The notes under the pieces are model-generated. The model saw only the letters and a list, made by a program, of their open reading frames with translations, searched no databases and was not told the origin of the DNA. The translations under genes were made by a program, and so were the position numbers. Shown here one piece after another: positions 12,054 to 22,818 of a stretch of DNA of 64,000 nucleotides (the stretch's first letter is position 1; every line of letters begins with the position of its first letter). Origin of the DNA: Amoebophrya sp. A120 (lineage: Eukaryota > Protista > Dinoflagellata). Location: NCBI GenBank assembly GCA_905178155.1, contig CAJINV010000003.1:754517-818516 (forward strand), read 5' to 3'.

Positions 12054-12519
12054 CAGCACTAGCTGAAAGTAGATCCACAGCTACCACGACCAGATATGAA
12101 GAGAATAACACCATTTCAAGGGCGCTTCTTCACTACAATGGAAAATCTGCGAAGCGAAAACGACGTAAAATAAATTCGGAATGCTACAGGGCATTAGAAG
12201 CAACCGTACATCCTGCCTTATGCATGGCGGAACAATACGCAAATCCAAATTGACTTATCAGTATCAACAACTCAGACAGATTCTTCACGTTTTGGCTTGC
12301 GCCGACTCATCTCGTACGCGAATGTCGTCGAAGCAGGCGTGTTTTTCGTTCTTGTTTGAATCATTTAGGTACAACAGCGCGAGCGCCGTAGTTTGGGTAT
12401 CATTAGGAAGGATAATTACGCTTATCATGATCATCATCATCCTTTGAATAGTAAGTACATCATCATCATCATCAACAGCACCGTCGCTTATCGTGAGAGT
12501 TACTTCGAGAGTTTTTAAC

Positions 12520-12579
12520 TCAGAAAAATAGCAGTGGTTTCTTCAATCACGAAGCCGATTGACTGGATAGGATAACGAA
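12520..12579. repeat. 60-bp dispersed repeat, copy 1 (identical copy at 15901-15960), with internal hairpin
   Basis: TCAGAAAAATAGCAGTGGTTTCTTCAATCACGAAGCCGATTGACTGGATAGGATAACGAA occurs twice; TCAATC/GATTGA stem. Confidence 0.9.
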
Positions 12580-12699
12580 TAAATTCAAAGTCAACAAAAT
12601 CTGTAATGCTAAACTAGATAGACCAACTTCACAAAGGATCAGCAGCAAAGATCAAAAAAAAATTTTGCTTGGCTTTCAGCCTGCGAAGAATCGGAAGCG

Positions 12700-14450
12700 C
12701 CTAGAATCTTAGGGATTTAGGGCTTAGGAAATTCTTGCAGTCGATGAGAGCAGGCAAAGGGCAGCGAACGCAAAAGCAGAAGAAAAGCAACAAAAGGCGA
12801 AAGGCTTCGAGCCGTTTGGATCAGCTAGGCGAAGCGTATGGCTATGGCTAGCGTACAAAGCTCCAGGGCCTAGGGTCGTGAAGTTTGTAGCGCCGCACCG
12901 AATCGCCGCGATAGCGATCAAACAAGGGCCAGGCCGCGCAGGCTAGTCGATTGACAGAGTTAAGGCAGCGCGAAGAGCATCCAGCAGGCTAACGCCGTGG
13001 CCGATGGGCGTGCAGCGTACTGAAGCGGCGAGCAGCTCGAAAGAGTGCCAGCAGCTTAGTGGCGTGCAGCAACATCGCGCACGGGCGAAAGCTGTTGAAA
13101 TCGCAAGCGCTCCGAGCTTAGTGCGTGCGTGTTGTGAGAAATCACGAACAGCAGCGACAGGCGGGAAGCTTTGGCGATGTGCCTAGTAGCGTGATAGGGT
13201 TGCTTCAGAAATTCACCAGACACCCACGAGGGGACTGACTTCAACTAATCAGGCGGCTTTTATTAGATTTGGCACAGTTGAATCGCTGCAAGTGAAGAGC
13301 GTTTTAAGCAGGATTAACACAGCCGCAGGAAAGGAGCCCATCCAAGAGATCTAGGGGCGCCAGGGCTCAGCAAGTTTCAGAGTAATTAAAGGGGCCGAGT
13401 TATTTCGTAGCCCGCTTGCACTTTCCTGCAATAAAAGAATGAAGCGCGCAGAAAAAATCTGAAGAAACTCAAAAAGCAAAAATGACTGCAGTAGCCGCAT
13501 GAGATAGATAGAAGCAGCCTCGTAGGATGTGTTTCGGTTCTAGTCGTTTGGTAAATTTCGAACGAATTCCGAAACGCCTTAGGCGGGATATGTCAGCACT
13601 GTGGCAGCATGTGGCTGAATATGGTCAAGCCGTCTCGGAATTGATCGGAAAACCGCCAGAAGACTGCAGCTGAAGCATAGCAAGACAGATAGAGAGCACT
13701 GAAAAAGGCAGCCACGCGAGCAAATTGGCCACATTCGCAAAGCAGGAGCCGCGAAATTCAGGCAAAGGCATCGAGCCAAATCGCTAGAATCGCTCACAGC
13801 ATCGATTTAGCTGGATTAGGTTGGGCAGTTTGCTGAATTTCGAACGCCAGGAAATTTGAAAACCACACGAAGCGAATCGCAGTAGCCCAGTAGCCTTGAA
13901 CGATTAAGATCACGACATAGGCGGGATGTTTGGATCGGTAAAATCCCCAATCCTACTAATGTCGTGGATCCAAATCGTGCAAGAACTCATGAGGATCATA
14001 GGCCTACGAAACAGGTAGGGAGATCATGCAAAGTAGCTAGGTTCATAGAAAATCATAAATGTATAGGGCACCAGATAGGGAAATAGATGCACACCATTCA
14101 CAGGAAAACCTGACTGAACACACTAGACAGGGCCAAGATGGCTATTTGTTACCGAATAGAGATTAGCAATGCACGTCGTGCCATCGTAGCTAGATGCACT
14201 CCGCTCATGGAGACTAGACGTGGAGCACGCCCTGTGTTCTCTCGAGTACGATCCAACGACCACTGCCAGACAGGATTGGGACTATTTCCCAACAGCTCGA
14301 CACACAGTTCCAACTTGAAGCGCTTGCTTTTAACGTTCCTAGACCACACCTTTAAACACCTTCTGCCTGTCATAGCTAGTACGAAGCTCAGCAAAAACCA
14401 CCCTAATCGACACAAGCTACACCGGCAAGCACTTAGAGGACCACACTGTG
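12700..14450 (-). pseudogene. Possible heavily decayed retroelement (RNase H-like remnants)
   Basis: Minus-strand fragments AVSDSSDL…RRLDHIQPHA resemble RNase H xSDS and xHIxxH motifs; many stops, no long ORF. Confidence 0.2.
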
Positions 14451-14720
14451 AGCACAGTTGTGTAAGTAGCCTTCATCTTTCTTTGCACTGACGAGTACGT
14501 CTTCGATTCCACCAACATAGAGTTTGTTATATTACTTACAATCACAACCTACTCCTACACCTAGTAGTACCCGTATTTCTGATCGAAATTAGACGCACTC
14601 AAAACTACCTGTTAATTTTTCCTACTATTTCCTCCGTCCTTGTCTACAACGAAAAGCGAAGAAATTGACTCCGAGGTTGTTCTCGTCGTGCAGTATAGTA
14701 AATTTCTACCCGAAACAAAA

Positions 14721-15489
14721 ATGGCCCCGTCTGTATTTACGAAGTTGGCAGCCGCTGGCGCCGTTGCCGGCAGCTCGGTGCTTTTCTCCTCGTTGCTGAA
14801 CCTGACGTCGACTGAAGTGAGCCTCGTTTCGGCGGTGCGGGTTCAAGCGTCTTCTTCGGCGGAGTCGCGTGGTCGGTCCGCCTCGCCGGATCAGAAGGGT
14901 GGTCCTTTCGCGGTTACCCTCGCCGGTCCACCTCGTCCACCTCGCTGGGCAGGAGTTCCTAAAACTCCAACTCCGGTTGTCACAAAGGAAGTATCCTGTG
15001 CAAAATAAATATCGCACTCGTACTATTGCAATCATGCATTACAAATTTTTTTCTAAAAGTAAATCCGCATTACCACCTCATGCTGGGGAAATTTGCAATG
15101 CATTTCTTCGAGTGCGATACTTTTGCAATGGATAGGAAGTACTAAACGATGCCGAGCGGCGGCTGCGACGCCGGATTGAAGAAAATCTAGAGCGAATATG
15201 CCAGCTGAAGGGAAAAGCGCGGGAACTGGAACGCAAGGTGAAGGAGCGGAACCCGACACGGGGCAAAAAAAAAGGCCAGCTGATTGCTGGTATGGGGGCG
15301 TCGCCCGCGGTCTGCGGTGGCCTAAACACCCTTGCCGCGACAACTGTGCATAGTTACCCTACCCCCGTTGCAAGCACCTGCTTTGGCGGTTGTGCCGTTG
15401 GGGGGGCCGCTGCGGTTGTTGTGGGCTGCGGAATGGGTATTGTATATGGGGCGCAGGAGTTTCGGTGGAGCCGTCAAGGGCAAAGACTC
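14721..15489 (+). CDS. Hypothetical secreted/membrane protein (signal-like N-terminus, coiled coil, Gly/Ala-rich hydrophobic segment); 3' end lost at the assembly gap
   Basis: MAPSVFTKLAAAGAVAGSSVLFSSLL…; removing 14992-15139 joins in frame …VVTKE-VLNDAERRLRRRIEENLERICQLKGK… to the 15238 ORF; a second introner starts at 15490. Confidence 0.7.
14992..15134. mobile_element. Introner (family B), TSD GGAAG
   Basis: TATCCTGTGCAAAA…ATCGCACTCG / CGAGTGCGATACTTTTGCAATGGATA. Confidence 0.92.
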
Positions 15490-15723
15490 TATCAAAATGA
15501 AAAATCCCCCCTCCCCATATCGAAACGAAGTTTCTGATGCTGGATTTCCGTACACAAATCACATTTGTCTTGCAATAGAGGACTGCAGGCATATGCCAAG
15601 CCTCAGTCGAGAGGTTTTGACGTAGGTGCCTAGCATGACAAACGTGTATGCTCTAAGCCCAACAGCATCACAAACCGCCTGCAAAATGCGGGGCGCTCTC
15701 TGGACTTGCCTTCTTGCAAGACC
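15490..15723. mobile_element. Introner (family C), left part only; truncated by the N gap at 15724
   Basis: TATCAAAATGAAAAATCCCCCCTCCCCATATCGAAA matches the TIR of the 55179 element; internal GCATGACAAA/GCATCACAAA motifs. Confidence 0.8.
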
Positions 15724-15900
15724 NATTCAACCACCTGCTGTGGGGTTCTGAGGGGTCTTGCCCTGTTTGGCAAGGTGGTGGTGAGGCGTGCTGGGCCTCG
15801 GTTTTGGGAGGTAGGCCCAGGACGCTTTACCCAGCCCCAACGGCGCGGTCCAACGGGCCGCTCGGGTTTAGGGATACCACATGGAAGGAACGAAACGAAA

Positions 15901-15960
15901 TCAGAAAAATAGCAGTGGTTTCTTCAATCACGAAGCCGATTGACTGGATAGGATAACGAA
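15901..15960. repeat. 60-bp dispersed repeat, copy 2
   Basis: Identical to 12520-12579. Confidence 0.9.
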
Positions 15961-17581
15961 CAGAACGGTAGTGATTTTTTATGTTAATGTTTACGCGTTT
16001 CAGATTGCGCACGATTTTGTTTTTGACCTCATCTTCCGTTGTTGGTTATTCCCTCTGACTACCAAGAAAAAGTACTATTTAGCACCTTGATTGTTTTATT
16101 TACGATTGCATACCAGGATAACGTAACCTGTACATAGATATATCTCACTCGTAGTTCCACCTACGTTTTTTATAAAGCCTTGTAAACATAGACGATCTAC
16201 ATCAAAAATGTCCGTGACACTACATGTACCATTCGAATCGCATATAGATCGCACAAAAAGCGCACCAGCAGCACCATCAATCTTCCGCGACCTCCGGCGC
16301 CACACGACACACGATAATATTGCCAAAATCGTCGAAGCACCGCTGACCACGTAACTAACGACCAGCAGCAGCACGAGACCCACTTCTACGATTATTTCTA
16401 GGAGTACTAGTAGATACGTAGTTGACGCGAAGCATCGTGTTTGTTGTAGACAGCAAGAAAGAAAAGGCAGCGTGGTAAAAAAACAAATGTAGCTGCTTGG
16501 GGGTCTGCAATCAAGTTCAAGCGACACGTTGGGACTCGCATAGATATCAAAGATTGGATGTCACTTGTTTCCTCGTATGATTTTTTCCTCTGTACAACCT
16601 GTTTCGAACCGAGAAAACAAAAAATCACACACAATTTTTACGCAGCAAGCTCCTGCGCGAGTGCGTGGGTGCAGCTTCAAACGGCGAGGTAAATCGCGGC
16701 TCTGGAATTTCTACTCGCGGTGTTCGTTGTACCTATTAATTTGATCCGACCCAAATCTCGATTGAGACGATGAAACGAGAAGGAGGAGAAAAACCTATAA
16801 CATCGGTCGTGTTTCCTGTGTTGCTGCTTTTGATGAAGACAAGATCATATCCGCTTTTCGGTCCAGATTCATCCAGGGATATGGTAGGTCGTGTACAACA
16901 GACCCACGTTACTTAGGAGAAATGATTAACAAGGATCATGTTGTTGTTGAACGGTCGCAATAATCGGTTAAAATCTGCTCCAGCAGCGAAAAATGAAGAA
17001 CCCAACCCGCCCAGTTACTCCTTATATTTTCCTCTGTAACGAGGTCTAATCGGTGTAGAAATACAAGTACGTTGTACATGATTTATTACTTCTGTTTCTC
17101 GCTAGAGCTAGAGAGACAGTTTTGCAATACGTAAGCAGGCCTCTCGGTCTTCTCGCTCTACGACACGGTGTTGATGAGTCATCAACTACAGCTGCAGTCA
17201 CTGCTACAGGCTGCTTAGCGAAATTGTGCTTGAGAGGCCCTACTAGGTAGTTCAAGCCGTCCTGCTGCAAGGCACGTCTGTGAAGATGCGGCCACACTTG
17301 ACATGATTATTTGAAATGAATCCTTTCGATTTTTGCTAGTACCATTGCATCATTTTCACACTCTGAACAGGAACTCCTTTAATACTTCAACGTTGGCTTA
17401 TTTCTCTGTTCCAAAGTGAACTGCGAGAGGACCAGTCGCACATCTTCATGGCGATGAACATCAAGTAGATCCACCTTTTGTCTCTGTTGCACATATTTGT
17501 AGTGCTCTTGTCTAGCGAACAAGCGTCCCCGGCGCAGCGCCGCTTCCTCCGTTCGATTCGCCGCCCCGACCGGCAGCCAGC

Positions 17582-20500
17582 ATGGATGACCTGGAGCTAC
17601 CAGAGGACCCTGCGGGGACAACACGCATGGGTGCTGCCGCTACTTCTCCGGACGTGCTCCGACTCGCTGGTCCGCGCATGGTGGTGGCGTTTCCGCGTGC
17701 TAGCGGCGAGGATCTCCACATCGTCGTCGATGAGGTGCTTTGGGAGTCTTTGACCGTTGCGAAGGCAAAAACGCTCGTCGCGGAGGCGCTGACGGCCGAG
17801 AAGCCGGACTACGGACGGCTACCCGAGTCTCTGGTGTATTTCCTGCCGATTAATAGCGACGGGGGGGAGCACGAGCAAAGTGAAAGTGGCATGAAGCCGG
17901 CTGACAGTGATGGACAAGTGGAACGTCCGCTGGAGTCTTCCGATGTGTGCTCCACACATACTCGAGGTTGGGAAACAAGCAGCGACGATGCGTCCTCTGT
18001 GTGGCACTTCGAAATGGAGGAGCAACACATCAACCGAGATGGATGCCAAGAGCAAGGAGCACGTGAGGAAGACAAAAATGCTCCTCACAACCTGCTAAGA
18101 ACAGATGATCAAGCAACAAAAGAGAACGATCAAAATGTCAGCACTACAAGCAAGGACCATAGAAAGATATCTCAGGCCGCCAGGTCGTCCTCAGGGTCGG
18201 AATCGGACACTAATCGGGTTCTCACTCCAGAGGAAGAGGCCTGTAAGCTGTTGAGCGAATTCGTCAGCGACGATCCGATGGAGGAGCACAAACAATGGTT
18301 TGACCCGAAACAATTTTACGGTCTCTCGCCAGACAGATACTTCTGGGGCTCTGGCGTTGCGCCGATGTCGTTCGAAATATCAAATAGAAGACGACTTGAT
18401 ATGGACGATGCGTCCATGGGTGGGCAGCACTACAGAGTTCTAGCACAGCCGCGACGTAGACCTTCATTTCCTGGGGTCCTGATCGATGAAGATCGGAACG
18501 ACAGTGGAGGTCAACATGGTTGCGATGTTATTGAAGATGTGCCCAGCGCCAGGTCTTGGTTGAAACCCGAAGGCACTCCTCTCATCAAGGGCGCAACTCT
18601 TGATCTTCACAGTCGTGACCTCCATATAGCGTCTCTTCAACCGACGTCGGTACTAGAACATGGAACTACGCACAACAACCCAGGAGACGATGAGGAAGCG
18701 TTTCTCTCTGGAGCAGAGAACGCGAGTTGCGCTGCCACATTAAACATCCATTCGGAGGATCACCTGAACCTAATTTCCGTTGGTGGCTGCAGTTCAAGTG
18801 CGTTGCAGCTCGCACAGGGTCGTGAGGGAACATCGTTAATAACCAAAGGCGACACCGTGCTGCCCAGCTCAAGCAGCACTCTTGATTTGGGAAGTACAGG
18901 CGAGCGCGCCTTTCACGAACTGAGGGACGAGTTAGAAGGCAACAAACGAGCGCTGCCGGGACCTTTACAGCGCGGAATAGGTCCTACACGTACCCAGCAG
19001 GATTTTTTCGCGGAAGAAAACTATTTCCAAGATGAAGCTGCCGGGCTTACTTTCCAAGAACGAGGCATGGCACAGCACCAACGAAGACGGATGGAAAATA
19101 ACGGCCTCCGCGGACGAGAGGATCACGAGGACTGTGTTGTTGAAGTGCGCAGCTGCCCCGCTAGTCCGACCGGGGTTGCGGTTTTTCCGAGATCAAGAAA
19201 AGATCACAAGCGGAAAATTGCAGGAAGTGCGGCCCTTGTAGAATCAAATAGCACAACTCAAATAGCTCAGCTGGACATCAGCGGTGGCAGTCTTCTGTCG
19301 CAGTCGCACGGTATCGGTACGACGTTTGGCAAGACGAAAAGCTACGCCAGCCTGGAAGATTTTAAAAATGTCACGGCTGCGGTGACAGTGACAGATTCTT
19401 TTCGACATCAAAGCCCTCCTCCATACGAGGACTCCACTCGAACAGCAGGTACTACCTCTACCGCCCCCGACATCAAATTGACAAAGCAACGCCTTGTGCG
19501 ATTTTTGGAGCGCGGGCAGAAGCGAGTGCGCGTCAACCTGATGATCATAGTTGCCAACGTTAGCGGTCAACTCGATCATGTTGCCCTTGTGGCCCAGCAT
19601 CAGTCTGCAGTTGCTACACCTTCACGAGACGATGAATTTCTGTCGGGCGTCGCAACTGCTGGCAGCAGAAGTCAGCTGCATCAACATCTTGCTGCAAATG
19701 AGCAATATGGGACCACGTCACATTCACAGGGCCACACTAAAAATGTTGGCCATGCTTCACTTGCTTCGAAAACCCCGTCTCGTCGAGCATCGCCTGAGCG
19801 CGAGGCACAGCGGTTATTGTGGTTTTGTCTGCGGGAGGAAGCGACAAAGGACTCGCTGGCCGACTGTCGCAGTGTGGTTTACCACATGGGTCCGGAGCTG
19901 TTCGATTCCTCCCTCGACCTTTTCCACGAGCTGGTAGGGCGCTTCGAAGAAGAGTTACTTGGGTCGCCACGCGTCGCGCAGCTTTTCCACAACACTGAGG
20001 AGGACGAGGCAGCTAATAATATCTCTACAGATCCACCATCGATATTGCAGGCGGATGTAAATAATCGAGATGGGGACGAGGGGCTGCACAGCAGCGTAGT
20101 TCCTCCATCGGCGATTGATGTCCGGAAAGCCTTCACCTATCGCCCGCTGCGCTACACGCACGTGGTGAACATCTTCATAGCGCTGTTCGACGCCTGTCCG
20201 GTCAAAATGTCGTATGCAAGATACCAGCAGAAGTACTGCGACTTTTTTTCCAAATTTCAGTACTATTTCGGAAACCTCGAAGAGCATCAAGGCGACGAAG
20301 CCGGAGGTGCTGCAATTGCAATTGGAGGCGGTGCAGGCAACGACCATGTTGGCCAACATCATGAGCGCGGTGCGAATCAAGTACATGTACAATTGCGGGG
20401 TGCTGAAGCTCCGCAACAGCGAGAGCACGGTGAAGTAGAAGGAGCCCGCCGCCGCGTCGGTCGTCCTATAGTGGCCGAAAATGTTGATCTCGAAGATGCC

Positions 20501-21586
20501 GACGCTGGGGATCATGCTCGCGCCGGCCGGTTTGGACAACATGCTGTAGTACGCGAACAGCAGATCATACAGCCTGCGGTAGGAAATAATGGCGTGTTGC
20601 CTCCAATTCCACTAAACATGATACCCGGGCGCGTCGGCGCGGATCGGGGTGCGAATGCAGCTCCGCGTCAGCAACACGTGGTAAACCAGAACGCGAACGT
20701 GCTAACCAACATTGCGAACGAGAACTTTGCCAATGCCCGGGCGTACGTCGTGCGCTTGTTATCCCTGGGTTCCGCCTGCGGAGGAGGAGCAGTAGTCCCC
20801 TCGCCGGTTATACGCGGGAGCAGGAGCACAGCAGGTGGTGGTGGAGGTGGAGCGGCAATAATACACCAAAATATTATCATGCCCAGCTGGAGCACGCCGT
20901 TTTCCCACCAACTTGTTCCAAAGCGGCTTTTCGACTTCATCTTCAACAACCACGCCAAGTGCACGTCGGTGACGCATGCCAGCACAAACTTGCTGTACCT
21001 CGCGGTGGCACAGAGGGACAGCGCGCTTGTCGATCTGCTGCTGCACCACCCGCTTTTCACGCAGGACTTGTTTGACCAGCCCAACCAGTGGTGCTGCGGG
21101 CACGTGCTGCACTTTGCGGCCAGCATCGGGGAGGTGGGGATCGCGCAGCAGCTGTTGGCGTCGCGGTTCATGACGCGCGCGCGGTTCCTGGGCGACAAGC
21201 AGGCCTCCACCCGGGGCAACATTCTGCGCTGCGCGCTCAGCTCGAAGAATCTGGCCATGGTGCGGCTGATCCTCGATCACCCCCTGACGGATTCCGAAGT
21301 GTTTTGCCAGCGACACATCCCCTACTACCGCAACCTGCTGTTCTACGCCGCCAGTCTGGGGGACGCGGAAATTTTCAGGACCATGGTGGAGTCCGAGTTC
21401 ACCACCCTGGCACTGCTGCAGCAGGAAAATCGCTCCATGCACGGGACCCTGGTTGAATACGTCGCCAAGGCACGGGAAAACTCCGATCTGGGAGGACCCC
21501 AAGCGGCCGAGCTCGTGGAGAAACGAAAGAGACAGCTACAACATCGTGATAATATCCTCGTTGACGCAAAAAATTTTCCAGCATAG
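17582..21586 (+). CDS. Large single-exon protein with C-terminal ankyrin repeats
   Basis: 1334-aa ORF; ankyrin-like units LLYLAVAQRDSALVDLLL, VLHFAASIGEVGIAQQLL, ILRCALSSKNLAMVRLIL, LLFYAASLGDAEIFRTMV. Confidence 0.8.
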   Translation: MDDLELPEDPAGTTRMGAAATSPDVLRLAGPRMVVAFPRASGEDLHIVVDEVLWESLTVAKAKTLVAEALTAEKPDYGRLPESLVYFLPINSDGGEHEQSESGMKPADSDGQVERPLESSDVCSTHTRGWETSSDDASSVWHFEMEEQHINRDGCQEQGAREEDKNAPHNLLRTDDQATKENDQNVSTTSKDHRKISQAARSSSGSESDTNRVLTPEEEACKLLSEFVSDDPMEEHKQWFDPKQFYGLSPDRYFWGSGVAPMSFEISNRRRLDMDDASMGGQHYRVLAQPRRRPSFPGVLIDEDRNDSGGQHGCDVIEDVPSARSWLKPEGTPLIKGATLDLHSRDLHIASLQPTSVLEHGTTHNNPGDDEEAFLSGAENASCAATLNIHSEDHLNLISVGGCSSSALQLAQGREGTSLITKGDTVLPSSSSTLDLGSTGERAFHELRDELEGNKRALPGPLQRGIGPTRTQQDFFAEENYFQDEAAGLTFQERGMAQHQRRRMENNGLRGREDHEDCVVEVRSCPASPTGVAVFPRSRKDHKRKIAGSAALVESNSTTQIAQLDISGGSLLSQSHGIGTTFGKTKSYASLEDFKNVTAAVTVTDSFRHQSPPPYEDSTRTAGTTSTAPDIKLTKQRLVRFLERGQKRVRVNLMIIVANVSGQLDHVALVAQHQSAVATPSRDDEFLSGVATAGSRSQLHQHLAANEQYGTTSHSQGHTKNVGHASLASKTPSRRASPEREAQRLLWFCLREEATKDSLADCRSVVYHMGPELFDSSLDLFHELVGRFEEELLGSPRVAQLFHNTEEDEAANNISTDPPSILQADVNNRDGDEGLHSSVVPPSAIDVRKAFTYRPLRYTHVVNIFIALFDACPVKMSYARYQQKYCDFFSKFQYYFGNLEEHQGDEAGGAAIAIGGGAGNDHVGQHHERGANQVHVQLRGAEAPQQREHGEVEGARRRVGRPIVAENVDLEDADAGDHARAGRFGQHAVVREQQIIQPAVGNNGVLPPIPLNMIPGRVGADRGANAAPRQQHVVNQNANVLTNIANENFANARAYVVRLLSLGSACGGGAVVPSPVIRGSRSTAGGGGGGAAIIHQNIIMPSWSTPFSHQLVPKRLFDFIFNNHAKCTSVTHASTNLLYLAVAQRDSALVDLLLHHPLFTQDLFDQPNQWCCGHVLHFAASIGEVGIAQQLLASRFMTRARFLGDKQASTRGNILRCALSSKNLAMVRLILDHPLTDSEVFCQRHIPYYRNLLFYAASLGDAEIFRTMVESEFTTLALLQQENRSMHGTLVEYVAKARENSDLGGPQAAELVEKRKRQLQHRDNILVDAKNFPA

Positions 21587-21755
21587 GGAAGTAAGAAACA
21601 GAAAGTAGAAAACTTCGACCCAGGCCACGGAGCCTCCATCGAGACACGACCTGTAATGTGCAACTAGTACCCAGTAATTTCTGCGGCCTGGAGACGTAGA
21701 AAGTCTTTTCATGAAACGCAACGGCGCAACATTCGCGATCTTGGAAGTGCATTGT

Positions 21756-22112
21756 GGTTGCCAGTGTGGTCGGTAAAAAATGAGAAACTTGTTCTTGTGA
21801 CGCTGAAATGAAACAGATAAAGGATCACCCAAAATGTTCGTTGCTTTGCTGAGTGTCAAAGGCGAAGAGCCTCCCAAATTCAATAGCAGTTTTCGACGAG
21901 CTACGTCTATGTAAACAAAGTATAATCGTTCAAACAAGCAGCGCTGTAAGCGCGACAAATTGTTTATAGCAATTGCATTTCAACAACAGTACCCGAACAC
22001 GACCATGATCATACGAGCGAGCAGAAGACAGAAGACGGTTGCCAGTGTCGGTAGAAAATGAGAAACGTGTTCTTGTGACGCTGAAATGAAACAGAGCAAG
22101 GATCACCCAAAA
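21756..22112. repeat. Pair of ~78-bp imperfect direct repeats (21756-21834, 22037-22112)
   Basis: GGTTGCCAGTG…AAATGAGAAAC.TGTTCTTGTGACGCTGAAATGAAACAGA..AAGGATCACCCAAAA occurs twice ~280 bp apart. Confidence 0.85.
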
Positions 22113-22818
22113 AACCTCAACTGAAGACAAATACTCTTCACCTAGCTACCACGATCTCCAAATGTAAGTTGTAGGCTCCTCGAGGCTCGCTTTATGTATT
22201 CGGATTCAGTTTAATATGAAAAAGAATTATTTGCATTGCTACATTGCGGTCTTGATGGCGGCGCTTTGACGCAAAATGTCGCTGAGTAGCTGAAAAATCG
22301 TCCTAGTGAAATCCAGGATGACCAAAATGTTTATACAGTTTGAACAGTGCACCGGGCTTCTATCATACCTAATGCTACTTTTCTTTACTTTGTGCATCAA
22401 CATCACGTAGACTTGAACTCTCAACAAAATAAACCTGACAACTTTGTTTTCCAAAAATTAATCGTGACCACGGTGCCAAGAAGCAACGCTATAACATTTC
22501 TCATCCTTAACCTTAACCTTAGCGCGCATCTTTACATTCTGGCGCTTAGTAGAAGTACAAAGATCCTCATCCTTCTTTATTTCCTTTTCCTCCGTACTAA
22601 CCAGCATTATTTTGGTCGAAGGAGGTCCTGCACCTGTTGAATTTTAACCTGTAGATATTGTGGCAAGTAGAGGAACTTAACACCACTACAGCCAGCTACG
22701 GCAACAACGATAAACCGCACACCACTACAACGCCAGATTCGTTTATTTGAGCCAAGACCTGGCAGGCTACCACATCGGTTTATTTTTATTTATCGCAGTT
22801 CGTATAATTGTCTTGAAG

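Noticed and set aside
15724-15724. Abrupt end of gene 14721 and of its introner as a biological rearrangement
   Set aside because: Coincides with an N, i.e. an assembly gap
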